From a virus (taxonomy: Duplodnaviria > Caudoviricetes), in IMG/VR virus record IMGVR_UViG_3300020408_000007, positions 1 to 56,426 of that record: a stretch of 56,426 nt of DNA; one strand, written 5' to 3'. The notes beneath the pieces were generated by a model. The model was not told where the DNA came from, did not search any database, and saw only the letters and a list, made by a program, of their open reading frames with translations. Positions within the stretch are counted from its first letter, which is position 1. Every line of letters begins with the position of its first letter. The position numbers and the translations under genes were made by a program. This document shows positions 9,374 to 17,777 of the stretch, piece by piece.

Positions 9374-9525
9374 TACTTCTTAACTCTACCGCCCATCCGC
9401 ATTCTTTTTTTAGCCGCGCCGCCACCTCTCATGAAAGCAGGTTTTTTCTTTGCTTTTGCGGCTCCGCCGCGCATCATTTTTTTAGCGGCTCCGCCCTTCA
9501 TCATTTTCTTTGCTTTTTTCACCAT
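9373..9525 (-). CDS. 50-aa Lys/Arg-rich basic protein with repeated xxGG motifs (not in ORF track)
   Basis: Manual translation MVKKAKKMMKGGAAKKMMRGGAAKAKKKPAFMRGGGAAKKRMRMGGRVKK*; AGGAG upstream; TAA overlaps the next ATG. Confidence 0.65.
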   Translation of the reverse strand: MVKKAKKMMKGGAAKKMMRGGAAKAKKKPAFMRGGGAAKKRMRMGGRVKK

Positions 9526-10072
9526 TCTTTAGTCTCCTATAAAAATTTTGACGTTGCTGGTATAAAAAATCTGCATTATAATATTGTTGAGCAATTTTAT
9601 AATACCCCTTTACTCTAAGGGCATCAGAGGCTTCCTGCAACTTAGAAAGTCTCTGTAGAAACACCATACCATACGGTGTATCAACAGTCGATTCAAACTC
9701 ATTGTCCAAAAGTTCATTGCCATCATCTTCCGGATGAAATCCCATTAGAAACATGTCTTTATTAATAAACACGCCTTCAGATATAGCGTGATTTAAGCCG
9801 TCTAAATACTTGTCCATTACGTCAACAGGAAGTGGGTCAAAATCTATTAATATGACTACGTCTCTACTATCGTCCCAAGTAGAAATCAGAGTATATAAGG
9901 GTTGCCAATGACTATCGTACTTAAAAGAAAAACCTACTCTGTTTTTTGCCCAGGCTGTTTTTGCATAAGGACAAGCAGGTAAATTGTTATAATATTCGTT
10001 TGGCACTTCGAGCGCATGAGCAGACCAATCTCTCATTTCAGATTTTATAGCTTCTTCAGTCGCAAAATCCAT
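9482..10072 (-). CDS. Hypothetical protein, DUF1415-like
   Basis: CPYAK..W and GFHP motifs, LQRLSKL..AS..L...GYY. Confidence 0.45.
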   Translation of the reverse strand: MDFATEEAIKSEMRDWSAHALEVPNEYYNNLPACPYAKTAWAKNRVGFSFKYDSHWQPLYTLISTWDDSRDVVILIDFDPLPVDVMDKYLDGLNHAISEGVFINKDMFLMGFHPEDDGNELLDNEFESTVDTPYGMVFLQRLSKLQEASDALRVKGYYKIAQQYYNADFLYQQRQNFYRRLKNGEKSKENDEGRSR

Positions 10073-10079
10073 TAGATCC

Positions 10080-10448
10080 TCAAAATTGCACTACAGACCC
10101 GCGTGTTCTTTTTCTTCTGCCATTCATGACTGCGCCGCATCCCCTAGCAACAGCCGTGCCAGCCACTTTTTTACCCCGGAAAGGCCGTTTAACGGGGCCT
10201 CCATTTGCAAGTTTTGTGACTTTTGCTTGTTTTGTATTAGATACCACTGTCTGGCCCTTTGCTCCCGCTCTCTTCTTCTTTCGTGCTGTAGATGCTCTTT
10301 CAGTTTTTGAGAGGCTTCTAGCTTTTGAAGCTGGTAAGCAGCGGTCTGGGTTTTTCTTGTCTTTAGATGTACCGCATTTGCCCTTAATGCTTCCATCAGT
10401 TCCAATCCGAACCCAATTTTGATTTACCCATTTCTTTAACTCACCCAT
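10080..10448 (-). CDS. Small basic conserved phage protein
   Basis: LKKWVNQNWVRIG...CG...CLP; very K/R-rich. Confidence 0.6.
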   Translation of the reverse strand: MGELKKWVNQNWVRIGTDGSIKGKCGTSKDKKNPDRCLPASKARSLSKTERASTARKKKRAGAKGQTVVSNTKQAKVTKLANGGPVKRPFRGKKVAGTAVARGCGAVMNGRRKRTRGSVVQF

Positions 10449-10449
10449 T

Positions 10450-10578
10450 TTAGGCTCTTTTTTTCTTACCTAACACTCGTTTTAAAGTTTTTGCTTGCTT
10501 TGCATGTAATTTTGAAGCTTTATTCAAACCTTTAACTACTTTACGAACTTTTTTCTTATTTGACTTTGTAAGCGTCAT
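10450..10578 (-). CDS. 42-aa basic protein (not in ORF track)
   Basis: MTLTKSNKKKVRKVVKGLNKASKLHAKQAKTLKRVLGKKKRA*; ATGA overlap with the upstream stop; fills the gap. Confidence 0.6.
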   Translation of the reverse strand: MTLTKSNKKKVRKVVKGLNKASKLHAKQAKTLKRVLGKKKRA

Positions 10579-10862
10579 TTACCTTTTCTCTTTCCACCCT
10601 TAGATTTTTTAGCATAATTGGGGTCTTTACAATATTTTGAGGCGGCAAGATTTGCATATGCACTAGGATATGTATCAAAGGTACGTTTTGCCCAAGCTTT
10701 ACCTTCCGGGCAGATCTTACTTCCTTTTGATTTTTTTGAAGCCGCACCTCCTTTTCGGAAGTAACTTAAACCTTTTGGCGTAGGATTGCCTTTCATTTTT
10801 TTACGACCTTTCATCGGGGGCTTGGATATTTGATTTGCGATTTGTCCACGCGATATCGTCAT
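10575..10862 (-). CDS. Small basic conserved phage protein
   Basis: MTISRGQI...CPEGKAWAKRTFDTYPSAYAN. Confidence 0.6.
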   Translation of the reverse strand: MTISRGQIANQISKPPMKGRKKMKGNPTPKGLSYFRKGGAASKKSKGSKICPEGKAWAKRTFDTYPSAYANLAASKYCKDPNYAKKSKGGKRKGK

Positions 10863-11037
10863 TTACCCTCTCCTGCAGATAAAAATCCCATAATTCAGCT
10901 AAAAGCTTATGATTTTGATCAACTTTTACTGAAATAACTGCGGTTTCTGTCTTCAATTCAACAACAGAAAAAGCAATCCAACCTATAAAAGCCAAACTTG
11001 CTCCACTTATCAATGTGCTTATGTTCAACATTTCCAT
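10801..11037 (-). CDS. Small membrane protein
   Basis: N-terminal hydrophobic helix followed by a coiled coil. Confidence 0.45.
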   Translation of the reverse strand: MEMLNISTLISGASLAFIGWIAFSVVELKTETAVISVKVDQNHKLLAELWDFYLQERVNDDIAWTNRKSNIQAPDERS

Positions 11038-11309
11038 CTCCGACGAGCCTGACGTAAACGACTGTTTGGATTTTTTGCAGCTTTGGGAAATTTTTTCATT
11101 TGTCCTGCACTGCGAGCACAGAAGGATTTGCGACGTTTTGCGTCTTTTGAACCCTTTTTTACTTTTCCTGTGACAGCAGTTTTTAATTTGGATCCAGGGT
11201 TAGCTCTTCTGTACGCGGCAACACCTGCCTTTGTCATCCCCGCCCCAGCTTTTGTGGGGCGGAAATTCTTTTTGTTTCGCTTCGGCATTTTATCATTACG
11301 CGAAGCCAT
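11025..11309 (-). CDS. Small basic conserved phage protein
   Basis: GMTKAGVAAYRRANPGSKLKTAVT...RRKSFCARS...RRRWKC. Confidence 0.65.
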   Translation of the reverse strand: MASRNDKMPKRNKKNFRPTKAGAGMTKAGVAAYRRANPGSKLKTAVTGKVKKGSKDAKRRKSFCARSAGQMKKFPKAAKNPNSRLRQARRRWKC

Positions 11310-11316
11310 AACTCAC

Positions 11317-11589
11317 CTAATTAAAAAAGAAGGTCACTGCTGTGATATTGGTTAGAGTGCCGACAAAAATGTCACTTACACGAATACCTTCAGCAGGGAT
11401 ATTTACAGAGTGTGTGTCAGAAGCATTAAAGTCTAAATCTAAGACTGTAGCACCGCCTGAACCATCTGTAAGAGTGAGTCTTGGAGTTCCAGATGCAGTT
11501 TTTAACTGTATCTGTCGAATACGAGCAGGGCCAACACCTAGTGACCCGGTTCCAGTAATCCGTTTCGTTTTAACATCAGAGCCTGCCAT
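11317..11589 (-). CDS. Putative minor virion protein
   Basis: Beta-rich 90-aa protein downstream of the capsid genes (IPAEGI, VTFFF). Confidence 0.5.
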   Translation of the reverse strand: MAGSDVKTKRITGTGSLGVGPARIRQIQLKTASGTPRLTLTDGSGGATVLDLDFNASDTHSVNIPAEGIRVSDIFVGTLTNITAVTFFFN

Positions 11590-11592
11590 AGC

Positions 11593-11676
11593 TTACTCTC
11601 CGTTCTTTTTTGTAGCCTTTTTGACGGCTTTTATAACCCTCTTTACAGACTTTTTGCCACCGTTGAGCTTACCCAT
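11593..11676 (-). CDS. 27-aa basic peptide (not in ORF track)
   Basis: MGKLNGGKKSVKRVIKAVKKATKKNGE*; AGGGG upstream; fills the intergenic gap. Confidence 0.45.
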   Translation of the reverse strand: MGKLNGGKKSVKRVIKAVKKATKKNGE

Positions 11677-11686
11677 GATAAACCCC

Positions 11687-12166
11687 TTATGAAACAGCGG
11701 CAGAGAATGGAGTAGCTTCAGAGCCCGTTGCTGCGCCACGAGACACAACAGAAAATACATTTGTCGCTACATCTTGTATTTCAACAACGCCCCCAAGAAT
11801 ACCTCCTGTGGTCGTGCCATTCAAAGTAATGGTGTCACTATCTGCGGCAGTTTCAAAAATAGACGCTGTATCCCCGCCATCATTAGCCACAATCGCTACA
11901 CCAGCCATAGTGTCATTGGCGTTTGCAACCTGAACTATGTAGTTGTTTGATGTAATGGTAGTAGCCACAAAGAACTTGTAGATATTACCCGTACCGCTGG
12001 CAGCAGGAAGAGTAAGTGTCGCCCCACTCGCTACGCTTAACACCATTGTACGTCCCGCATGTGAAGCTGCGGTTAACGTGGCATCCGCAGTTATAGATAC
12101 GAGAGAATTTGATCCTGAAATAAAACCGCCAGTAGAAATCACTGGACCTGAAAAAGTAGTAGACAT
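11687..12166 (-). CDS. Putative capsid decoration / head fibre protein
   Basis: MSTTFSGPVIS..GF, TLPAA, ends ATPFSAAVS; immediately downstream of the MCP gene. Confidence 0.5.
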   Translation of the reverse strand: MSTTFSGPVISTGGFISGSNSLVSITADATLTAASHAGRTMVLSVASGATLTLPAASGTGNIYKFFVATTITSNNYIVQVANANDTMAGVAIVANDGGDTASIFETAADSDTITLNGTTTGGILGGVVEIQDVATNVFSVVSRGAATGSEATPFSAAVS

Positions 12167-12171
12167 ATTGA

Positions 12172-12256
12172 CACCCTTTGCACAAGGTTTCGCTTTGCAG
12201 TCCGTGCAATGTCAGGTGGGCATGATCCTGTCTACAAAGCTGAAGTTAAGCCCAAA
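12172..12256 (-). ncRNA. Candidate structured 5' leader RNA (nested stems plus two pseudoknots)
   Basis: 9-bp stem 12240-12232/12200-12192 with a G.U pair valid only on the minus strand; CAGG/CCUG stem; UGGGC/GCCCA and UUGCAC/GUGCAA cross-pairings next to the SD. Confidence 0.5.
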
Positions 12257-12269
12257 ATCAATATATAAT

Positions 12270-12300
12270 AAAAAAGAGCGACTGTGAAGCCGCTCTTTCT
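12270..12300 (-). terminator. Intrinsic terminator after MCP
   Basis: AAAGAGCG...CGCTCTTT hairpin with a U-tract on the minus strand. Confidence 0.7.
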
Positions 12301-12318
12301 GTTTTTAAAAAAACTGTT

Positions 12319-13224
12319 TTACGCTCCAGGTGTTGCAAAAACACAACGCCAATCAGAGACACCAAAGCTGTACCGCTCACGAGCTTTAAAACGTGTGTTT
12401 CCTGTGTCAAAATCGCCCTCAAGAGCAGTTTTGATAGGTGAACGATTAAACATTTTAAAGCCGTTTGGTGCATCTGTTTTGATGAAGAAGGCGTCTGTAT
12501 CTGTTAGGAAGTGATTAACCACTGCCCCTTCAGGTAACATTCCCATGTTCTTCATTGCATTTGCATCATTGTCTGCTGTGCCAGAACGTAGATTTGAGTT
12601 GATAACTCGCTCTGCAATAAACTGAAGTTCTTTTGGAATTATCAGTTTTGTGCCGCGTACAGCAACTTTCAAACCACGCTCATCAGTGAACCCTGCAATA
12701 TCAATCAACATTTGCTCAAGAGAGGTCTCATTGAGATCTGCTGCAGTTGACAACAAGTTACGCTGATTGCCCGACAAAGAGGGATGCGCTGCGGAACACA
12801 GTGCTGCACCGTCACCAACAGGGCTTCCTGTGCTGAACGCATTGTTCAAAATAGAAGCTGCTTTGATTTGCTTGGTTTGCGCCATAGAGCGAGCCAAAGC
12901 TTTGGTGTAACGAGACGCCAGACGATCATACAGATTATCTTCAATAGCTTCCTCAGTAATAGAGAATGCAAGAGCGATAGTCTCATGTGTATACCGTGCG
13001 GTATATGTCTCTTGTGCATCATCAAATGTGATGGCAGAGCCTTCACCTTTGACAGGTGCTGTAGAAAATCCACCAAGCATTACCTCTTCTTCGAATGCTC
13101 TATCAGAGGTCTCTTCTTCAAAAATCTCTGTGTGTTCATTTTCGTAGCGGTTATATTCCAGACCGAACAGTGCGTTCAAACCTGGCTCTAGCTCTTTAGC
13201 TAGTTGTGCGCGAGATATAGCCAT
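12319..13224 (-). CDS. Major capsid protein
   Basis: MAISRAQLAKELEPGLNALFG...ARYTHETIALAFSITEEAIEDNLY...KARERYSFGVSDWR; size, position and following terminator fit an MCP. Confidence 0.9.
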   Translation of the reverse strand: MAISRAQLAKELEPGLNALFGLEYNRYENEHTEIFEEETSDRAFEEEVMLGGFSTAPVKGEGSAITFDDAQETYTARYTHETIALAFSITEEAIEDNLYDRLASRYTKALARSMAQTKQIKAASILNNAFSTGSPVGDGAALCSAAHPSLSGNQRNLLSTAADLNETSLEQMLIDIAGFTDERGLKVAVRGTKLIIPKELQFIAERVINSNLRSGTADNDANAMKNMGMLPEGAVVNHFLTDTDAFFIKTDAPNGFKMFNRSPIKTALEGDFDTGNTRFKARERYSFGVSDWRCVFATPGA

Positions 13225-13238
13225 TATCTATGTCCCCC

Positions 13239-13886
13239 TTATATGCCAGTGCTTGCCGCTGTAGTCTGAGAATCAGAGCTAGAGCATGGAGCATTATGGT
13301 GGAAGTTAAAGCGAACTATGTAATTCACACCCGCAGCGTCAAAATCAAGGTTAGCCTCGTCACCTGAAAGGCCGACTATACGCATGATTAAGGTGGCTGT
13401 GGTTGCAACTGTTGAAATGTCCATTTCAGCAGTAGAACGCCCGTTGTTTGTTGAACCAGAGGCTCCGTTTGCTAAAGAGACGTTTGCAAAGATGTTTGAC
13501 AACGCTGTCGCACGATCTGTTGAACTGCCGTCCGCAGCAATCATAAACAACTGATTTGGGTTGTCAGCAACAAAAGCTTTCACAGGAAAGTTTGTGTCTA
13601 CACTGACGTTGTTGGACCCAGGCCAGAAGTTCTTAAAGACAGTCTTTTTTGTAGAACTATCTACGTACTCAACGCCCATAAAGACCCCAAGAGCAGGAAC
13701 TGTACCACCGTTTGCCGCACCAACAATGTCAATTACACCAGCAGCCAATGGAATCACTGGCGAATACTGGAAAATTGCATTGGTGTTGTTCGATGCGATC
13801 TCATATTGAGTCACACCAGTAGTGTTTGCACCTGAACCTGTAAGGCCAATTGGACGCAGACCAAAAGCAGTATCTTGGTTTGCCAT
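13239..13886 (-). CDS. Putative minor capsid / cement protein
   Basis: MANQDTAFGLRP...GVFMGVEY; directly upstream of the MCP gene. Confidence 0.55.
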   Translation of the reverse strand: MANQDTAFGLRPIGLTGSGANTTGVTQYEIASNNTNAIFQYSPVIPLAAGVIDIVGAANGGTVPALGVFMGVEYVDSSTKKTVFKNFWPGSNNVSVDTNFPVKAFVADNPNQLFMIAADGSSTDRATALSNIFANVSLANGASGSTNNGRSTAEMDISTVATTATLIMRIVGLSGDEANLDFDAAGVNYIVRFNFHHNAPCSSSDSQTTAASTGI

Positions 13887-13906
13887 TTTTTTTCTCCAAT
13901 CAGGTC

Positions 13907-14395
13907 CTAGTTTTTAGGACCACCAAAGGTTACACGCGACTGACGATCGGCGTTGCCGATCCTCATAGTAGAGTGAGAATTTTCTCTCATCATATCGTGG
14001 TCCACGGCATCCATCTGATCTTTAGTCCTACCATCAAAGTAGGCTTGTCTTTCGGCTACCGTTTCTAACGGAATACGAGCGAGAACTAATCCGCCAACTC
14101 CAAACACACCAGCATATTTACCTGATTCAACGACGGGTGCCTCAAAATCTGGGTACTCATCTTGGCGGACCAGTTCGTATCCTTCGCGCAGACGAGCAGA
14201 AATATTTTTCGTATCGTCAAATCCACGAACTTCGGCCCTGACCCAACGATGTTTGTATCCATCGGGCGCAGGTGGTGCGTCTAGCATAGACGGGGGAGCC
14301 CAAGGCTTGCGCCGTGTCTCTTTCTCCCTTGTCTGACTAGCACGAGAGCTACGATCAACGCCTACGTTCTTTGTAACTTGAATTTCAGCCATCAC
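13907..14395 (-). CDS. Conserved head-morphogenesis hypothetical protein
   Basis: WAPPSMLDAPPAPDGYKHRWVR...REGYELVR...GVGGLVLARIP. Confidence 0.55.
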   Translation of the reverse strand: MMAEIQVTKNVGVDRSSRASQTREKETRRKPWAPPSMLDAPPAPDGYKHRWVRAEVRGFDDTKNISARLREGYELVRQDEYPDFEAPVVESGKYAGVFGVGGLVLARIPLETVAERQAYFDGRTKDQMDAVDHDMMRENSHSTMRIGNADRQSRVTFGGPKN

Positions 14396-15288
14396 TAGCT
14401 CCTTCCTAGTAATTCAACTTGCCTTGCGTAATCCTCAAGAGAAACTCCTAATTTTTTTGCAATAGCAACTTGAGATGGGGTCAAACTGACCTTCTTGAGT
14501 CCAGATTTATTAGCAGTCCTAGATGCAGAAGCAACCGTCTGAACGGGTCGATTACTCTGTGACTGATTTGTGTCAAACTTATGCGGAAACTCCGTCTTAA
14601 TTCGTTTGTCTAATTCATTATAGTACTCATCTGAGCTGGGGTCAAACCCTTCCTGCTCGACTAATTGCCTATGAATGCCAAAAGCCGCATAAGTCATGGT
14701 ATTGTCTGCGCCAAACCATTCGTTTCTGTTCGCCCACTCCTCTGCTTTTGGATCCGCAGGTCTAGGTGCGGCTTGTTGTTGTTGCACGGGCTGTTCTTGA
14801 ACAGGCTGTTCTTGGCGGCGTTTTTGTACCGCTTGAGCATTTTCAGCCTTGTCGGCAGAAACGGCAAGCTTTGCTAACTTTTCTTGCGCTTCTACTGCAG
14901 CGGCACTGTCCCCGACAGACAATGCCTGGCTCAAATCATTTTTAACTTGCGCTATTTCTGCGTCAACTCTATTAGAAAATTCTCTAACAAACCCTTGGTC
15001 CAGATTTTGCAATCTCGCCTTTGTTTCTTCTAATTCTTTTTTCACTCCTTGAGCATATTGGAGTGCATCTTGTTCGCGACGCTCAGCTTCTCTGCGAAGT
15101 TTTGTCAAACGATCAATGCGTTTTTTAGAATCTGATGCAGGTTTTTCTTGTGGCTCCTCTGAAGCCGCCTGCTCTACAACCTCAACAGCTTCTTCTGAAG
15201 GCGAAGCATCTACTTCTACCTCAACAGCTTCTTCTCTTGGCTCGACAGCCAAAGCTTCTTCTGATTTTTTATTTTCTTGGTTTTCCAT
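14395..15288 (-). CDS. Capsid scaffolding-like protein
   Basis: Acidic coiled coil; C-terminal LTPSQVAIAKKLGVSLEDYA; start moved to ATG 15288 because of GAGG upstream. Confidence 0.65.
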   Translation of the reverse strand: MENQENKKSEEALAVEPREEAVEVEVDASPSEEAVEVVEQAASEEPQEKPASDSKKRIDRLTKLRREAERREQDALQYAQGVKKELEETKARLQNLDQGFVREFSNRVDAEIAQVKNDLSQALSVGDSAAAVEAQEKLAKLAVSADKAENAQAVQKRRQEQPVQEQPVQQQQAAPRPADPKAEEWANRNEWFGADNTMTYAAFGIHRQLVEQEGFDPSSDEYYNELDKRIKTEFPHKFDTNQSQSNRPVQTVASASRTANKSGLKKVSLTPSQVAIAKKLGVSLEDYARQVELLGRS

Positions 15289-15296
15289 AATGTTCC

Positions 15297-15731
15297 TCAA
15301 CCGTGTAAAATGTCTTCAGGGTCAGATATCTTAGCAAGGATTTCATCATCGTTAAGTATCCGAACCTCACCACCTTCAATCTTAAAGCGAGAACCCGCAT
15401 ATCTTGCAAAAATAACCCAATCTCCTTTGTTGCACCAAGTGCCCAAAGGAAATTTGTCTTTATCTTCGTAAGCAAGAGGACCTACTTTAAGGACGTAACC
15501 CACTTGAGTGGATATTTCTTGATTTGCCAGTATCTGATCTGGAAGCAAAATGCCCCCTTCAGTTTTACCTTTACCCTTGTAAGGGAGAACCAATATACGC
15601 CAGCCTGTAGGCTCTGGCATTCTGTCCAATAGCGATTTATCAATTTTTGAAGGGTCGAGTACACGTTCTGAGGGATGTACCCAGGGAGAAGACGAGGCGT
15701 CTTCATTTGTAGTTTTGACTGCATCAGTCAT
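15297..15731 (-). CDS. groES: Co-chaperonin GroES-like protein
   Basis: PTGWRILV...KTEGGILLP...VLKVGP...GDWVIFARYAGS...ILNDDEILA. Confidence 0.9.
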   Translation of the reverse strand: MTDAVKTTNEDASSSPWVHPSERVLDPSKIDKSLLDRMPEPTGWRILVLPYKGKGKTEGGILLPDQILANQEISTQVGYVLKVGPLAYEDKDKFPLGTWCNKGDWVIFARYAGSRFKIEGGEVRILNDDEILAKISDPEDILHG

Positions 15732-15921
15732 CTATTAGCTCCTGTTTCTCTAGCAGGCTCTTGAGTTCCTGTTCAACATATTGCAGACCGTCAATGTTCC
15801 CCATTAACTGCCTGTAGTGTTCCATATCTTTAACTTCATTATTAACCAAAACATCTACAATGTTTTCTTTGCGGTCTCTAATAAGCTTAAGTATGAATTG
15901 TGCGAGAGTTATCTCATCCAT
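15724..15921 (-). CDS. Hypothetical protein
   Basis: Helical small protein coupled to groES. Confidence 0.55.
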   Translation of the reverse strand: MDEITLAQFILKLIRDRKENIVDVLVNNEVKDMEHYRQLMGNIDGLQYVEQELKSLLEKQELIDD

Positions 15922-15933
15922 ATAAGATATTTA

Positions 15934-16314
15934 CTATTTTTTCCTAAACTTGTCTACTCCTTTAATCCCTAAAGCTGCGGATATTGTAAGAAAAACTAGA
16001 TACGTATACCACTCCGGTAATTCGTTCAAACGGTCAAAGCCGTTCTTGACTATATCTTCCATTCCTGGAATGAAAACTAATATCAATGGAATGAGTATAA
16101 TGACGGTGACTATTTCATCCTTGATGGACGATTTTGTAGACTCAGCCATAATTAACTCCCACTTACTATCGTGGGTAGCCGCCGTTTTCATTATTTCAGC
16201 TTTTGCCTCTGCCTCAGTCTGTGCAAGAGTTGCCTTCGCCTTTTGCTTGGAAACTTGCCCCTCAACAAATGAGCCTGCCAACGATGCGATAGGTCCAATA
16301 AGAGCTTGAAACAT
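15934..16314 (-). CDS. Holin-like membrane protein
   Basis: Two C-terminal transmembrane helices, SIKDE and LPEWY motifs, basic tail. Confidence 0.55.
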   Translation of the reverse strand: MFQALIGPIASLAGSFVEGQVSKQKAKATLAQTEAEAKAEIMKTAATHDSKWELIMAESTKSSIKDEIVTVIILIPLILVFIPGMEDIVKNGFDRLNELPEWYTYLVFLTISAALGIKGVDKFRKK

Positions 16315-16317
16315 GGG

Positions 16318-16527
16318 TTACTCCTCAATAAAATCTAAAATTTCTCCGTTTAAAACCATCACTTTTAATTCTTTACAGGACCACTTTTGCTCAAAATTAT
16401 TGGTATGCCCCACATTACGTTTAATTTTACGCCTTATTGCCAAACATTCGCCAAGCGATTTATACGGCGTATACTCAACTTTTTCGCCGCCCATAACCAA
16501 TAATAAAACAAAGGTAAGCTCAACCAC
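16318..16527 (-). CDS. Hypothetical small protein
   Basis: Hydrophobic N-terminus, ECL..RR motif. Confidence 0.5.
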   Translation of the reverse strand: MVELTFVLLLVMGGEKVEYTPYKSLGECLAIRRKIKRNVGHTNNFEQKWSCKELKVMVLNGEILDFIEE

Positions 16528-16915
16528 CGTTTCGCATCTTTTCTAAATTTTCTTCTATTGTTGTTATTCTTTTTTCGTAAAACTCCAACGTCAATTTCTG
16601 TTGTTGATCATAGGGAGCTTTGCCGTCTTCTATTTGAGATTGAAGCTTTTCAAATTCTAAAGCAAGGTGTTCAATTAACATGAACTGTTCGCTATCTGCA
16701 GGAAGGCTCCCCATTTCCCCTCTAGGCCATTTAATTCTGAACTCTGTGTTATGTTGTACGTCAGATTCCATCATTGTGATATTGGTTTCAATCTGATTTA
16801 AGCGTTCAATAATGCCGAAGTAAGCCCACGTTGCTAGACTAGCTGCTGCAACCATAGACACAATATTACGTAAGGGTAATGCTACCTCTGTATTTTCATT
16901 TAACCTTGCTGGCAT
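16520..16915 (-). CDS. Membrane-anchored coiled-coil protein
   Basis: N-terminal transmembrane helix; WPRGEMGSLPADSEQFMLIE. Confidence 0.55.
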   Translation of the reverse strand: MPARLNENTEVALPLRNIVSMVAAASLATWAYFGIIERLNQIETNITMMESDVQHNTEFRIKWPRGEMGSLPADSEQFMLIEHLALEFEKLQSQIEDGKAPYDQQQKLTLEFYEKRITTIEENLEKMRNGG

Positions 16916-17122
16916 TTACTTCTCTGAGTTCAGCCATACCGCCAGACTGCCTGTCATGGCACCCGTGACAACTGAAATTAGTGAAGCCTGTTGAGTTGTT
17001 AAATCCGGCTGTGAAAGTGCCCATTCAATGCAGCGTATGTAAACACCTGTCATACACAGCATCATGAACCGTGGCAGTATCTTTAACTCTAACAGCTTTC
17101 TTGCTACATCTTCTGCGCTCAT
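16916..17122 (-). CDS. Small two-TM membrane protein (holin-like)
   Basis: ILPRFMM...PDLTTQQASLISVVTGAMTG..AVWL. Confidence 0.5.
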   Translation of the reverse strand: MSAEDVARKLLELKILPRFMMLCMTGVYIRCIEWALSQPDLTTQQASLISVVTGAMTGSLAVWLNSEK

Positions 17123-17568
17123 TAATCAAACATCCCTTTTAACCATGCTACCCAAGCAACAAGCCCTGCTACCATTGAAGCAACCAATAGACCCGCTGCC
17201 CCTAAACCAATTACTTCTGAGAGCTCTGCTCTTCTGCGTCTAGCCAACTCCTCTCGCACTCTGCGTTCTTTTCTAGCGTTTGCTTGAAACTTTTGCCAAT
17301 CATGCCAAAGCCCCGGCCTTCCTGTGTATATCATTATTTGCTTTAGTTGTTCTTCTTTTTGACGAATACTTTCTAAGGCCATAAACTCTTCAAGATCAGA
17401 CGAACGAACTCCCGACTTCTTTTTCTTATTACCTTTTCGCTGCAGCTCCTCTTTGGCTATGACAAAATCTGAAATAGCTCTTCCTGCTTTGGCAATATCT
17501 CCAGTGTTCTGGACAGCCTTCTTGATAATTGTAAAAGCCGCATTTGCAGCCGCCAGTTCCGCTAAAAT
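17122..17568 (-). CDS. Membrane-anchored hypothetical protein, probably initiated at ATT
   Basis: Frame of ORF 17122..17382 stays open up to ATT at 17568 (ILAELAAANAAFTIIKKAV...); GAGG lies 5 nt upstream. Confidence 0.6.
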   Translation of the reverse strand: MLAELAAANAAFTIIKKAVQNTGDIAKAGRAISDFVIAKEELQRKGNKKKKSGVRSSDLEEFMALESIRQKEEQLKQIMIYTGRPGLWHDWQKFQANARKERRVREELARRRRAELSEVIGLGAAGLLVASMVAGLVAWVAWLKGMFD

Positions 17569-17582
17569 TTTCGCCTCTTATC

Positions 17583-17777
17583 TTACTTGCAGCTATGGTA
17601 GCTGCCGCCCTTAATTGCTGCGCCCATGCCGCGAACTTTTGAGATACCCATAGCGGTCGGTACAGATACTTCTTTTGCTTCGCCATATGGCACACGACCT
17701 TGCCCCTCAATCTCCGCAAAAGGTTTAGCTTTTGGTGACTCTGTTGGGGTGTTTGTCACTATCTTTACTACACTCAT
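17583..17777 (-). CDS. Small conserved protein downstream of portal
   Basis: IEGQGRVPY...RGMGAAIKGG. Confidence 0.55.
   Translation of the reverse strand: MSVVKIVTNTPTESPKAKPFAEIEGQGRVPYGEAKEVSVPTAMGISKVRGMGAAIKGGSYHSCK

Noticed and set aside
12172-12256. Hammerhead or twister ribozyme assignment
   Set aside because: CUGA and GAAA are present, but the CUGAnGA core and stem topology do not fit; kept only as an unassigned structured RNA.
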